From: Sminthopsis crassicaudata
Taxonomy: Eukaryota
Reading direction: 5' to 3'
DNA: 64,000 nucleotides
Assembly (NCBI RefSeq): GCF_048593235.1
Contig: NC_133623.1
Coordinates: 10,532,211 to 10,596,210 of the forward strand
The position numbers were made by a program, and so were the translations under genes. The notes beneath the pieces were generated by a model. The model was not told the DNA's origin, ran no database searches, and was given only the letters and a program-made list of their open reading frames with translations. This document shows, one piece after another, positions 25,525 to 38,457 of this stretch. Within the stretch, counting starts at the first letter, position 1; each line of letters opens with the position of its first letter.

Positions 25525-28500
25525 GTATGTCCTGTGTCAGTTTCTCCTTCCTCTGTCCACGATCATAATAATATAGATTTTTTTTTCCAAAGGATTAATT
25601 CTTGTTTCCCTCTTCGACCCCTCCTCCCCAATTTTAATCAGCGAGTATATAAATGCTGCAGTGTGAAAATTGCTGGGAAATACTGCTCTAGTGAATTCTT
25701 CATTCTGGGCACAATATGAGTCAGAGCACCACATTGAATGAAATGGGTAAATGATTCCAATGATTCCTAGATGATGTTTCCAAGTCTGCATCTTTAAGGA
25801 AAATAAGGGAAAGAATCAAATATCAGGATTTTTCGATGCCTGTTGAATCAGATTTTCTATAGGACAAGCTACTATCCAAATTCTCTGGCTACAAATATCA
25901 TTCTCATTGTGGGACCTAGATATAAAGGTTTTGACTTACATGTTTATGTCCTTATAAGCTCCTTTTGACAACTTGTTGATACACTTGGATAGCATTATTT
26001 AAATTTTTGCAACAAGTGCGTCTTGGGAGAGTAAGAATGGTTTTATTCACCTTTGTACTTTGCTGATTTCTTCTCAAAGTATTCCTAAAAGACCATCTCT
26101 CTCCTCTGCCACTAATGATTCCGTGATAATGGAAATATTACTATTTCAGGGAAAATTATGGGTGGTTTTTGTTTTTGTTTTAGGAAAGGAACGATATTCA
26201 TATCAGTTAAACGTTTTTCTGTGTTTCAGAATTAGAGAAAGAACACTGGACTAGGAGTGAGAAGACTTGAATTCTTGGTCAGAATCTACCACTAACATCT
26301 TGGGCAAGTTTCCTTCTGCTTTCTGGGCCTCAGTTTCCTTCTATGTAAAATGAGCATGTTGATGAAGAAAATTTCTAAGCTCCCTTCCAGCTTTAACAGT
26401 CTATGTGATTCTATGACTTCCACAAATGGAACTCTACCCAGGGATTTTTATCTGAAAAGTGCCACTTTGAAAATAATAATGGTATAAGAAAGAATCAAGA
26501 ACTAAGGTGATAATGTTAGCCTGAGCACACAAGCTGATTAGAGTTCAGGCTCAAATCATAGGCTACAGGAAATGATTATATGAGACTGATTTATAGTTAC
26601 AGAAATAAGTGAGATGTTATTGCAAGTATACACAGGAACAGGTGGCAATCAAGTAGACCTTAGACAAGTACAATCACTGCAAACTCTGATGCAGACAACC
26701 ACAATAGACACATAAATCATCTCAGTTTTGGGTACATGGAAGACTATAGTGAACCAAAAAAATATGAGGCAGAAGTTGGGATACCAGCCTTTTTGTGAAT
26801 AAACCCCAAAGCACTCACCAGGGGCTGAATGGAAAAGTACTAGCATAGCTGGGTTTCATTACAGAGGCTTTTTTCACAGAGGGGGAATAGCCTGAGCCTC
26901 TGATCCTGTTAGGGGCCTTATCACTATTTTAGGATGACATTTTCTTTAGCTTGTACAAGTTCATTTGCAAAAATAGAGGCAGCTGAAGCTAGAGAAGCTG
27001 ATTCCCAAGAAGCAGAAACTTAAGTGATAATGTGACATGCTGTCCACTAGCACAGAAGGTAGAGTAAATATATAAAAACTGGACTTTTGCAGTTGATTCA
27101 GAGGCCAATAATACAACTTTCCTCTATATCTCCTGTCTTTGAAGGAATATACTCAAGTCTTAATAATGTATTGGGTTTTTGAGAGAGGATAGGGATGGAT
27201 AAACTTGTGTTTTTTGCTGGCATGATGATTACCATTGATGTTTACCAGGCTATAACAGTCATTAAAACCCTCATTTCCCTTGAGGCAATGAGGCTTATCA
27301 CCACATTTATAACTTTAGTCACTTATCCTGGTGGTACAAAAAAGGAATTCCACAATTAGAGGCAAATAACTTTCAGTTGTGAAAATGGACTCCTCCCTCC
27401 CCCAAGAAAAAAATTATCTACCTAAGGGGTTATGGGAACAATTTCTATAAACAAACAAGCTATGGAGGTAGGAAGAAAATGTAAAACTGTGGAAACTTAA
27501 AAGATTATATTTGTGATACACTCTTCCACATGCCATTCCTTTATCCCCATAGTAGGAATATCTTAAAATTGTTCTTTTGTTATAGTATATCTCTTCTCAT
27601 TTCAGGCAACTTTTACAAACATTTGTTTCTTCTGTTTATACCAAGTTATATAGCTACACAAAAGATCATTATAAAATAATTAGGTGTATTTTGAAGGACT
27701 AGAGGAACTTACTTGCAAGAGGGGAGAAAGACATTTTTGTGGTGATGTTGATAGTGTTTTATAGAGTATTGGTCTAGAAATCACAGACTGATCTTGCATA
27801 GTTCTCCTTGGACTAGTTTCTTTAATTATCTTTATAATGAGTAAAGTATGCTGAATTGCCAGTTCTTGATATAAATCTTCATTCTATCCAAGGGGTACGC
27901 TAGTCAGGTCTGTGGTCAACCAGGTGGGGGCTGCCCCTTTCAATGGAGGAAAACAGTAGGGTTATCAGAAAAGTCCTGCCACCACCTTTGTGAGGCTGCT
28001 TCTCCATTTTTTGCCTCTATTCCTATATAACCACCTGGGACCCATGTTAACATGTGTTATTCAGAACTATTCTTATGACCTCAGTGCTTCTTTCATGAGC
28101 ACTCTAGTAAGCAACCTGTTGACAGTTTCCCCTGGATAGTTGGTTACAGATCCATCAGCAAATCCTCACATCAATAAAAATTTCTAGCATGAATCAGGCC
28201 TTATAATTTGGTAAGTCTTTTATCAGGTTTCTGATTTCACATGTAATAGAAGATCAAAATAGAATCATAATCAAATTGTAAGAAGCAACTACAGTCCCAG
28301 TGGTTTCTTCCCTGCACAGTAAGTTCCACTATTTACAGTCATCACAAGAGACAGCGCAGCCAACAGCTAGTCAGGTATCTTGCCTTCTACACCAAAATTG
28401 GCAACTACCCAATTAGCTTGTAGCTATAACATTGCATGAACCAGTTGGTGGATGATATATCTTTCAATACCTATTAAGTTCCTGCTAAGTCTTTCCAAAG

Positions 28501-31500
28501 CTTCCAGCTCTTTTCTAAGTTTCCTTCTTTTCCATTTCTTCTGAGTTTCAATCCTACATCTCATCCAAATAAGTCATATTATCTAATATGACTTATAATC
28601 ATAATACAATCTAAATCAAACTTGACATCAATATAGACAAAATGATAACATTAAAAATCCCAGCATCAGGGGATACACTAATATTGAATAAACAGAAGTG
28701 CTTAAAATAAATTGAAACTATTAAAACAATAAGATCCTCCAACCATATACTCCCATGAGTCCATGTTGTAGAAGTTACAAAAATGGTCTCTATATATGTA
28801 TAATCCATTCTACACTGAAGTTTCTAGGAAACAAAGCACAGATATCCTGGTTTGAGTACACAGTGTAAGCAACTACTTCTGGATAAGAAAATTACCCCAG
28901 ATGACAACTTAAATTCTACACTTCAGCTTTAGTATTGATGCTGATAGATTTGCTTAAATGTTACATAACCACTCCAGTCTTACATTTTTATTGCAATGAA
29001 GATAGAGCCAGTTCTCACACCATGAGTTGTTTTAGAGAAATCCTTTTTGTTTTATATTGTTATCGTGATATCTTCAAAATTGGCCCAGCATACTTTTTCT
29101 CTTGTTGTGGAACTTCGTAGAGGGCAAGATATCCTTGACTTAGTGCTCTTTGTTACATGCTTTGGGATACCTAATTTCAGATGCAATAAGAATTATAGAA
29201 CTATCATTCTTCAGTCAGTAGAAAAGGAAAAAAAAACTTACAATAATAGTTGATGTTGATCTTGTAGTACTTTAAAGTTTATAAAGAGCTTGACATATAA
29301 TCCCATATTTAATACCAAAATGTTCTAGCTATAAGATTATTGCATCAAGAATAGATCACCAAGAGTATTCTTTTCATTTATTTATTTTCAACTTCATTTT
29401 TGTTAGTATGGGGTGGTACTTTAGTACGGCCTTAATATTTTCTCAGCTCTATGCTATTATAACTATAAGCTTTTTCTATTCCAAAGCACTTGACTAAATG
29501 TGTGTTTCAAAATTAGTCTTCCATATGTGCAAATCAATCATAAAAACTCTTCTGCTTTGCCACTTCCAAATTATTGTGACTAAAAATGCTTTCTAAAGAC
29601 TAGAATTGATGCAACTTGAAGCTTCTAGTGTTTTGGTCCTCTTTTGAACTTCTTTTAGTATTCCCCCAAAAAATTATATAAAAAGGGCTCTTGTAGGTTT
29701 CCTATAAGAGAGAGAGAAAAAAAGGGCTTACTATTTAGGAGCTGTCATGGTAGAGTCATGAAAACTTGTGGATTAAAAGACTTGGAATCTTAACTTCAAG
29801 GACTAGCAAGAGTAAAGGAAGTGAGAATGATTGGCTTTTTTATTCCTTTTTTCAGAAAAGCAAATCATCCATTTTGAAAATCATTAGGGTTTCCCATATA
29901 GGTTTCTCTCGGAGTATTCCAGGATAGAGGGGACTATAAACTCCCTGAAATTTGCTCTGGATTACTGGGTCACATGGAGAAGGGAAAACAGTTTTTATTC
30001 TGGTGGAAGTAAGGTCAAACTGCCTACCTGCAGTGTAGGGAGCCAGATGTGAGCTGCCAGTAACCATAAAGGAAGCCAGTATGGTAAGGTAGAAGAGTTG
30101 AAGTTTAGAGCCAATCAGGGTAATAGAATGAAAAGAATACTGGATTTGGGTTCAAAGGAGTTAGATGTGAATCCCAGCTTTGCCACCTACTACCTAGAAG
30201 ACCTTGGGCAAGTTATTCAATCTCATATGTAAGGTGAAATGTAACCCTGTCGACCATGGCCCTGTACATACACCTAAGACCCCATTACAGAGATGATCTC
30301 TGAGGTCCCTTCCAGCCCAAAGCTATAATCTTAGGATCTTTGGGGATCACCAACTACCACAAAAGGGAGATAAACTAATTGAAAAAAATGAAACCTACAT
30401 TATTTTGAGGCAAGATCCAAATCTTCAGTTGCAAACCCAATGGCTATTCCAGATTTCTTTCCTAGAGAAGATAATGGAGCTACAAGATAGTTTCAGATAA
30501 ACCTTAAGGCAACCAGAGGGAAAAATAGACATGATATCATAAAGCTAAAACTCTAAATTCTTCTGGTGTCTTATTCACAGGGACTAGATACAATATTTTT
30601 TAAATCTTAGGACTTCTGGTTTAATTTACATTTATACGGGAGATATTTGCTTGCTTTCCAGATTATAACTTAAACATCCCAAACTTAGTATTCATAATTT
30701 TTTTCAGTTTACACAAGTAAATATTGCATCCTTGCACATTCAGAAATAGAAAGTTGGATCAAATCCACAGAAAACTAATTGAACCATGATTGTTATCTGC
30801 CTGTGTTCTCTACATTGTTTATACAAATTGCATATATGTTTCTGATATACATTCTAAGAGTCTTATGAACTTTTTGGGTCATTTAGTTTTAGTAACAGCA
30901 TGTTTTGATAGATTGTACCCAACAACTCATATTCTCATAGGTATTTCTTTGAAAAAAAAGGAATGCATGTTTGTTAAACTGATCATATTGAGATTTTAGC
31001 CTAAAGACAAATATGCAAGTTACTGTTTATCAGAATAGGCCTTAGCCCCATCAGATAAGTACTTTGTTTGGGGAACTTAGCTTTAATAATTTCCACTTGG
31101 CAATCCACATCATACTGTGGCAGACAAGTAGGGAGCTGCCTAAGTGTGAAGTTCATGAGAGGGAATCTGGAGACAGGAGATTGGGAAGGGAATCAGAAGC
31201 CGCAACTTTTAGTAACTGTCCACCAAGAACTAGCAGAGCAATACCAGATACATTTTCTGGGTCTGGTCTTGCTGGGGTGCTTTGGCAGGTCTGGGTGGAC
31301 AGAAGAAGCTAGAGAGTCTGAGTCTCTCAGCCCTTGAAAGAGAGAAAGATCACAGAGAAAGAAAAGGGGTAGAGTAGGGAGCAAATGCTGTTTGAGTACC
31401 TCTTCAAGCCAGAGAAAGAGAATGAAACAGCACCAAAATTGCCCTTTTGGAGAGAAGGACAAAAGAGAAGAACTCCCTCCTTCCTTTCCCTTCAGCCATC

Positions 31501-32910
31501 CCTGGTTTCAGGGAGCAGCAGAAAAGGGGTAAGGTAGCTCCGGAAGGAATTCTGGATGCAGTATCCTCACCCCCACAATTTAAAATTCCATGGTGGGTGA
31601 ACCCAGCAATCCACCACAGAGAAAAACATGAAATTCAGTGTACATGCAATGTTATCGATATCAATTTGCATGCCAAACATTGCAGAAATGCCGCCATAGT
31701 TTTCTTTTCTTTTTTTCACTTTTATTTATAATTTAGGAAAGACAGTTGGGTTTAAGTGACTTGTCCAGGGTCACACAGCTAATAAGCCATAAGTGCCCCA
31801 GGCCACATTGGAACTCAGGTCCTTCTAACTCCAGGTCTGGTGCTCTGTGCCATCTAGCTGCCCTTCAAGAAAGCTTGATTTCCTTCCCATTATAATTTGC
31901 ATCAAATTCATGGTCAACTTATGTCTTCCAAACTATTCTTTTACTGGAAAGCAGAATTCAGTTACTTCACCCCCATTCACAGGTGTCTGCATAATCCTTA
32001 ACAATTCATTTTATGCTGAATTTATCCCCCAGTGCTGGCCAGATGTGAAAGGATAAGGCAGGTATTTATAATCCAAAATTTTATAAATTTTAGATGACTA
32101 ATTCAAAGAACCTGATTCCAGAGTTGTCTGACACACACATACACACTTATACATACATATACACATAAGCATATGCAAAGGACAGGGACAGCTAGTTGGC
32201 GCAGCGGATAGAGTGCTAGACTTGGAGTTAGGATCTGAGTTCAAATGTGGCCTCAGACATTTACCATCTGTGTGACCAAGGGCAAAATCACTTAAGCTTG
32301 ATTGCCCCCCCAAAAAAGGAAAAGAAAAGACACCAGTTGCTTAAAGGACATTGAACTTTAAACAAATTTCCAAATATGTTCTTTTGATTTTCCTGGATTT
32401 GATTTTTCTCATCTGTGTGCTCTCCCAACCCACCACCCCCACTTACAAACCCTTTTCAATACAATCAGAGTTAAGAGAGAGGAAAGGGAGCACTACCTTT
32501 TTTGTCTTTACCAACTATTTGTTCATTCCTCTCTGACTCTTCAGTTGCCCCCTCCATTCTCTTCCACATCTTCACAATGGACTGTTTTGTCAGATTGGAG
32601 TCTTTCCTTATTAATTATTGCTTTCTTCACGAAGAGGGAAACAAGTTTGTCTACATCACCATTTTGTTTTTTCTTTCATCTTGGTCATCCAATCGAGGAC
32701 AGGAATTCCTTTTCCTTCCCTTTCATATTCTTCCTTTGCCCAGTCTGCCCTGACTTCACCCTAGCTCAAGTATAGTTCTTGTACCCAACTCCAATACCCA
32801 TTTGTGTTAGTCTGACAGAGAAACCGATGAGTCATAGGGTTCAGATCACAGAGCTCAGAAAATGACAAAACAAGACTGACTTAGTTACAGTGAATTAAGA
32901 ATTTTTGCAA

Positions 32911-33052
32911 GGGGGGCAGCTAGGTGGTGCAGTGGATAGAGCACTAGCCTTGAATTCAGGAGGACCCGAGTTCAAATCTGATCTCAGACACTTAACACTT
33001 CCTAACTGTGTGACCCTGGGCAAGTCACTTAACCCCAGCCTCAAAAAAAAAA
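32911..33052 (+). mobile_element. Full-length young tRNA-derived CORE-SINE (WSINE1/SINE1-like)
   Basis: ggggcagctaggtggtgcagtggatagagc (A box) and gagttcaaatc (B box), core and A tail; flanked by a tttttgcaagg duplication. Confidence 0.85.
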
Positions 33053-35658
33053 ATTTTTTTTTTGCAAGGATACACAGGAACAGGTAGTGGGTCAGCTTCC
33101 TAAATCTGGCTGCAATGGCAGGACTCTTACAGTCTGGGAACCTGGGGCCATCATCAGGACACCAAGTCTTCCCTGAGTGAATTCAAAGTATTCTCCCTAT
33201 GGTAGAGGTTTATATAACCCCTCAGAGGTGGGGGTAGATAAGTACTGCTAGAGCTGGGATTTGTTACTGATGTTTGTTCCCACAAGGTAAAGAAAGCCAG
33301 CCTCCGCCTGGGACCCACAAGAAGTTTTGTCACTATTTCGGGATGTAATCCTCCCTCATATGGCTTTGTATGCTTATTCAGTCATGTGCTGCTCTTCGTT
33401 ATTTCATTAACCATATCCCCAAATTTTCTTGGCAAGTTACTAGAAAAAAGGTTTGCCAGTTCCTTGTCCAATGAATTAAGGCCACCAGAGTTTTCATGAC
33501 TTGTCTAGAGTCACACAGCAAATAAGTGACCAAGGCCACTTTGAACTCAAGGCTTCTGACACAGGCTCACGACTCTATCCACTCAGCCTCATATAAGGCT
33601 TCTGTAAAAACAGGAGGCCTGACCTGGTGGAGTTGATTACTGAAAAGCTCAATCACAAAAACAAAACTTAACACATGTAGCGTATATCAAGTGCGTAAAA
33701 CCTAGAATTTGTACAAATTAAAAGGATTTTGAGGTGTTTCACATCCTAATAACACAAATGTTATCCTCCAGAAACATGAATAAAAAATACTGTCAATTTC
33801 AGGTTGTAGAAGTCATCCATAACTTCTATTCAGATAGAGTCATGAGGTACTTATATTGTAAATGAGCTCTGAAAAAGACAAATTTGCCTCTTTTATTGAT
33901 GCCTCCTCTCAGTAATTATCATCATTCTCATCATTATCATAATTACCCTCTCAAAGTCCAATCCATGATTGTCAACATCATCACCATCACTATTATTAAC
34001 AACAACAGGTATCAGCTTGGTATAGTGGAAAGAGCTCTGGCTCTGGCATCAAGCCCTTCCCCTGCCTTTGATGATTACCACCCCTGAGGTCCTCTGAATT
34101 TATGATTCCATGGTTATACAGTAGTTTGTATTTCAGTTTAATGCCTTTTCACATATACGGAGAGAGAACAGTGCAGAAAATAAAAAACTGAATCTGGAAG
34201 CAGAAAATCTGGATAATCCATTTTACCTCATAGCTATTTGATTATGGGCAACTTGGTATCATTTTCTGAGCCTCAGTTTCCTCAGTGGAATAATGCTACT
34301 TCTAATTCTTACCTCATAGGGATGTCATGAGGATCAAATGAGAATCACAAAATCTGAAGTAGATAGATATGCCTTCAGAGGCCGCATCTGAAAAAGAATC
34401 TCCAACAAGTGGCCATCCAGTCTTCAGAGGGAATCCCCTACTCCAGAGAGCCCATTTTTATCTTTACATGGTTCTAATTGAATTGTTAGGAAGTTTTTCC
34501 TTGTGTCAAACCTAATTTTGTGATATTTTACACATATGCACACGCGCAAACACACACATATCTCTTCTCCAGGCTAAATGTCCTGAGTGCCTTCAACTTA
34601 TCTTCATGTGACATAAGACTCTCCTTTTAATGCTTTTCAACTTGTCAAAGTCATTCCTAAAATATGCCAGAACTGAAGAAAATTTCCCATATGTGGTCTG
34701 ACTAGGGTCGAGTACAGAGGGACTATAACCTCCCTAGTCTGGACAGTATGCTTATCTTCAAGAAAAACAAGATCGTATGGCTCTGGATCCTAAGCATACT
34801 AGTAGGATTTCTGAGCTAAATAATGGAAGTTATTGCCGCAAAGGAACTATAACGTATAAGGATCTAATTGTCTCAGACAATTAGTGAAACTTAGTAAAAT
34901 TACTTTTAATGAAAAGGTGTAGGTTCGAAATCATTTGTGCGTTTCACAAAGCAACGCAAATTCACAAAGCAAAGTACAAATAATTGCAGTCTGCTTTCCC
35001 ATGCGGTCCTTCCTACTCATCTACTCTAATTGTAGCTTTCTGATAGTTCGGTTTCCATAGTCACTCCACTGGCCCTTCATTGTACTGAGCTTATCCGCAG
35101 CCGGGAAATTATCCCTAATGACTTTGATAATATGATCACCAGTCTTGCTGAAAGTGCAACCTAGTTCATTTCACACATGCCATTGATTGCTATCATAGGA
35201 TGTCAAGAGTCCTGTTTCCTAAAATTGTCTTTCAGATTCACACAATGAACAAGAAAGTATGCTAACAGCTATTCTATCTCCATTTAAAGAAACGTTTATC
35301 GAATCCAGCTGGTTTCAAGAGCTTCAGATTGCAAATAGAAGAGGGCAGAAAGTAGGGCTTTTGTAATTTTGAGGTGCTTGAGAAATCTATAGTGTCACTA
35401 TGGCTTCAAGTCCTAACTCTCATACATATGGCAAGTTACTGAAATTCTCAGTGCCCAAGCCAATTCTGTGACACATGTTCCCAAACTAGATTAGCAGAGG
35501 GAGTTTCCACAACAGGGAGTTCCTCACACTGATGACATTACACCTACCTCTTCAAAACCCAGAAAGTGACTTAGCAACTTAGTAATTAATATCTTTATCG
35601 ATGAATTAATCCATTATTTTTAGCTTGAAATCTCTGACATTTATAACATTAAATTCTT

Positions 35659-35921
35659 TTTTTTTTAAAGTTTGAATTCTTTTTTTTTTATTCATTTTTC
35701 CAAATTATCCCCTCCCTCCCTCCACTCCCTCCCCCCGATGACAGGTAATCCCATACATTTTACATGTGTTACAATATAACCTAGATACAATATATGTGTG
35801 TAAATACCATTTTCTTGTTGCACATTAATTATTAGCTTCCGAAGGTATAAGTAACCTGGGTAGATAGACAGTAGTGCTAACAATTTACATTCGCTTCCCA
35901 GTGTTCCTTCTCTGGGTGTAG
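35659..35921 (-). mobile_element. Young 5'-truncated L1 with 17-bp TSD in the RAB9B intron
   Basis: TSD tataacattaaattctt at 35642-35658 and 35922-35938. Confidence 0.9.
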
Positions 35922-37851
35922 TATAACATTAAATTCTTAAACAGTGGGGTGAAAAAGTTGCTTTATATTCCAACAGTGTAAACTATGAGATGCATCTGCT
36001 AATTGATTTTGTTGTTTATACTCATGTTAACTAAGTCTCATCATATATTGAAGAATTTTGCTTTTAAAATATTATTCTTGAAATGAAGATGTCATAATTT
36101 CACAAAGTTTTGTATTTCTTCTGGGAGTTCCCTGTGTCAATAAAATCATCAATCCAGTCCCTCATCTAACTGTGACCATTACCTGGCAACGACAGTCTGG
36201 AGCAGATTAACCTTTTACTGGGGTACCTGTCCTGTTACAGAAATGTAGCTTTTAGTTGTTGTTGTTTTTTTCTCCTTCATTCTCAAAGAGAACCATGATA
36301 GCAGGGGCATGATGCCATGAGATGCAAGTGATTTGGATCGAAGTGAGAGAGGGCTGGACAAGGTCACCTGCCATACTTTCTCCTCTGGAACTATCTGAGT
36401 TCAGTGACAAGACATAGATCAGGATAAATGGAAATGGCCTTTGGATAGGTGGGAGACCTTGGTCTTTTTAAGCTAAGGTCTTTAACCGGTCTCAGTTTGA
36501 CTGAAGCAATGCCCATTGAATGCCCATTCCAAAAAATCCAACTCACTTGAGGCTTTTAATAGAAAGAAAAAGAAGGAATTCTAGTTCTAGTATAGATGTT
36601 CCCTATAGTTTAGGCCCCTCTAGGCATGCCCTTTACTAAATATCTTCTACTAGTTTTGCTTTATTTTATTATCAAAGGCTATTTTTTTAAGGTTATCACA
36701 CTAAGAATACAAATTAAATCTATTTGGAACAAGGTAAAGCTTGAATTTTGTCTTGGAGTGTTAATTGTGTATATTAAATATGTGCGGTGGATGGAAGTTG
36801 AATTTGTTATTAATTTTGTTATTAATTTCCTGGTGTGTTTTATTATAGATTTTTGAAATTGTTTCCTTAGTGTATCATATTAAGTTTGCAATGTATGTGT
36901 TTCTAAAAGCATTCTGGCAAAGGCACTACATTAGTGGCTCTATTCCCATCTCTTTTTTTTTCTCTTGCTATCATAATATTGCCTTTAACTTCATTTTTTT
37001 TTTCATGCCTTTGTTTAGCTTTCACAATGACCTAATCACTATGTAATTTCTCTAAAACACCTTCTGGGTGTTCCATAGGGAGATAAGCTGCCATGGACCC
37101 TCCCCCAAATTACTGAAAAATTCCATTTTTTGCCTCTTATTCAATACTTCTGTAATGCTATCAGTTTCAGAAAAGTCAATATTATAGTAGATCCCTCACC
37201 AATCGGCAAGCTCCACAGGACTAAAAATTCATTAACAAAATTGACCTTGCAGGACTAGAGCTCTACTTCATTCAGCATAGGCCCCTTTCCCCCCTCAGCT
37301 TCCTTGAACCTCTCATCAGCAGATCTCTGAACCCAAATCAGTTATAAAACTCGCCTTCTGCTGTTTGTGCTGTCCCAAGGCTGGGCCAAAACTGAAACTA
37401 TCTCATATTAGGGGTGAAATGCTACCTTGCCAACATATTCAAGCCTTAAATATTCAACACATTATCAGAGATTGTAGCAACATTAAATGGTAGAAAAGCA
37501 AGTTTGTTTTTTTCACATACCATGAAGAGTCTGTTCTTTTTGTTATGTACTGTTAGAAAAGCTTAATGCAAAAATGATGCTTTTTCAATGGCTCTGTGAT
37601 GTCACCAACATGGGTACTCCCTGTCCCAGTGCAGATGGCAATCAAGCTATGCCTGTCCATCTTATGAAACTCTTGTCCACGTCCTTTTTTTAATCTGTCA
37701 ATTAAAGTAGAGAGCCTTCCACTGCAATGCAGAGGAATTCAGTGTTGAATTGCTTATAGTTTGCTTGGGTTTAACTATTTTCCCTCCTATTTTTCTCTTT
37801 TTTTTTCAGATTGTCTTGGTCACAAGCCCATACCCACCTGCTGTTGCTACA

Positions 37852-38457
37852 ATGAGTGGGAAGTCCCTGCTCTTAAAGGTCATTCTCCTGGGGGATGGTG
37901 GAGTCGGGAAAAGCTCCCTTATGAACCGTTATGTAACCAACAAATTCGACTCTCAGGCTTTCCACACTATAGGTGTAGAATTCCTAAACCGAGATTTAGA
38001 AGTCGATGGTCGCTTTGTGACCCTCCAGATCTGGGATACTGCAGGTCAGGAGCGTTTCAAGAGCCTACGAACACCATTCTACAGAGGAGCAGACTGCTGC
38101 CTCTTGACCTTTAGTGTGGATGACAGGCAGAGCTTTGAAAATCTTAGCAACTGGCAGAAAGAATTCATCTATTATGCAGATGTGAAAGACCCTGACCACT
38201 TCCCCTTTGTAGTCCTAGGGAACAAGGTAGACAAAGTTGAAAGACAAGTGACCACTGAAGAGGCAAAGGCTTGGTGTTTGGAGCATGGGGATTACCCCTA
38301 CCTGGAAACAAGTGCCAAAGATGACACCAATGTCACAGTGGCCTTTGAAGAAGCAGTGAGGCAGGTTCTGGCAGTGGAGGAGCAGCTGGAGCATTGCTTG
38401 CTAGGCCATACCGTTGACCTAAACAGCAGCTCCAAAGCTGGATCTTCTTGCTGTTAA
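37852..38457 (+). CDS. RAB9B: Ras-related protein Rab-9B, 201 aa, entire CDS in one terminal exon
   Basis: Translation MSGKSLLLKVILLGDGGVGKSS...WDTAGQE...NKVD...ETSAK...GSSCC has all small-GTPase G-boxes and a C-terminal CC prenylation motif. The N-terminus matches RAB9B rather than RAB9A, and the gene sits next to PLP1 as RAB9B does in human. The ORF-track start at 37750 (TTG) is intronic; the splice acceptor ttttttcag ends at 37809. Confidence 0.98.
   Translation: MSGKSLLLKVILLGDGGVGKSSLMNRYVTNKFDSQAFHTIGVEFLNRDLEVDGRFVTLQIWDTAGQERFKSLRTPFYRGADCCLLTFSVDDRQSFENLSNWQKEFIYYADVKDPDHFPFVVLGNKVDKVERQVTTEEAKAWCLEHGDYPYLETSAKDDTNVTVAFEEAVRQVLAVEEQLEHCLLGHTVDLNSSSKAGSSCC

Noticed and set aside
34915-34990. 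Possible tRNA gene suggested by GGTTCGAAATC
   Set aside because: No A box at proper spacing, no cloverleaf and no T-run terminator; kept only as part of the CpG anomaly.
37750-37851. 235-aa ORF with a TTG start extending RAB9B
   Set aside because: Bases 37750-37809 are the intronic polypyrimidine tract and acceptor. Only the 14 codons after 37810 could be translated, and only if an upstream exon supplies an ATG.
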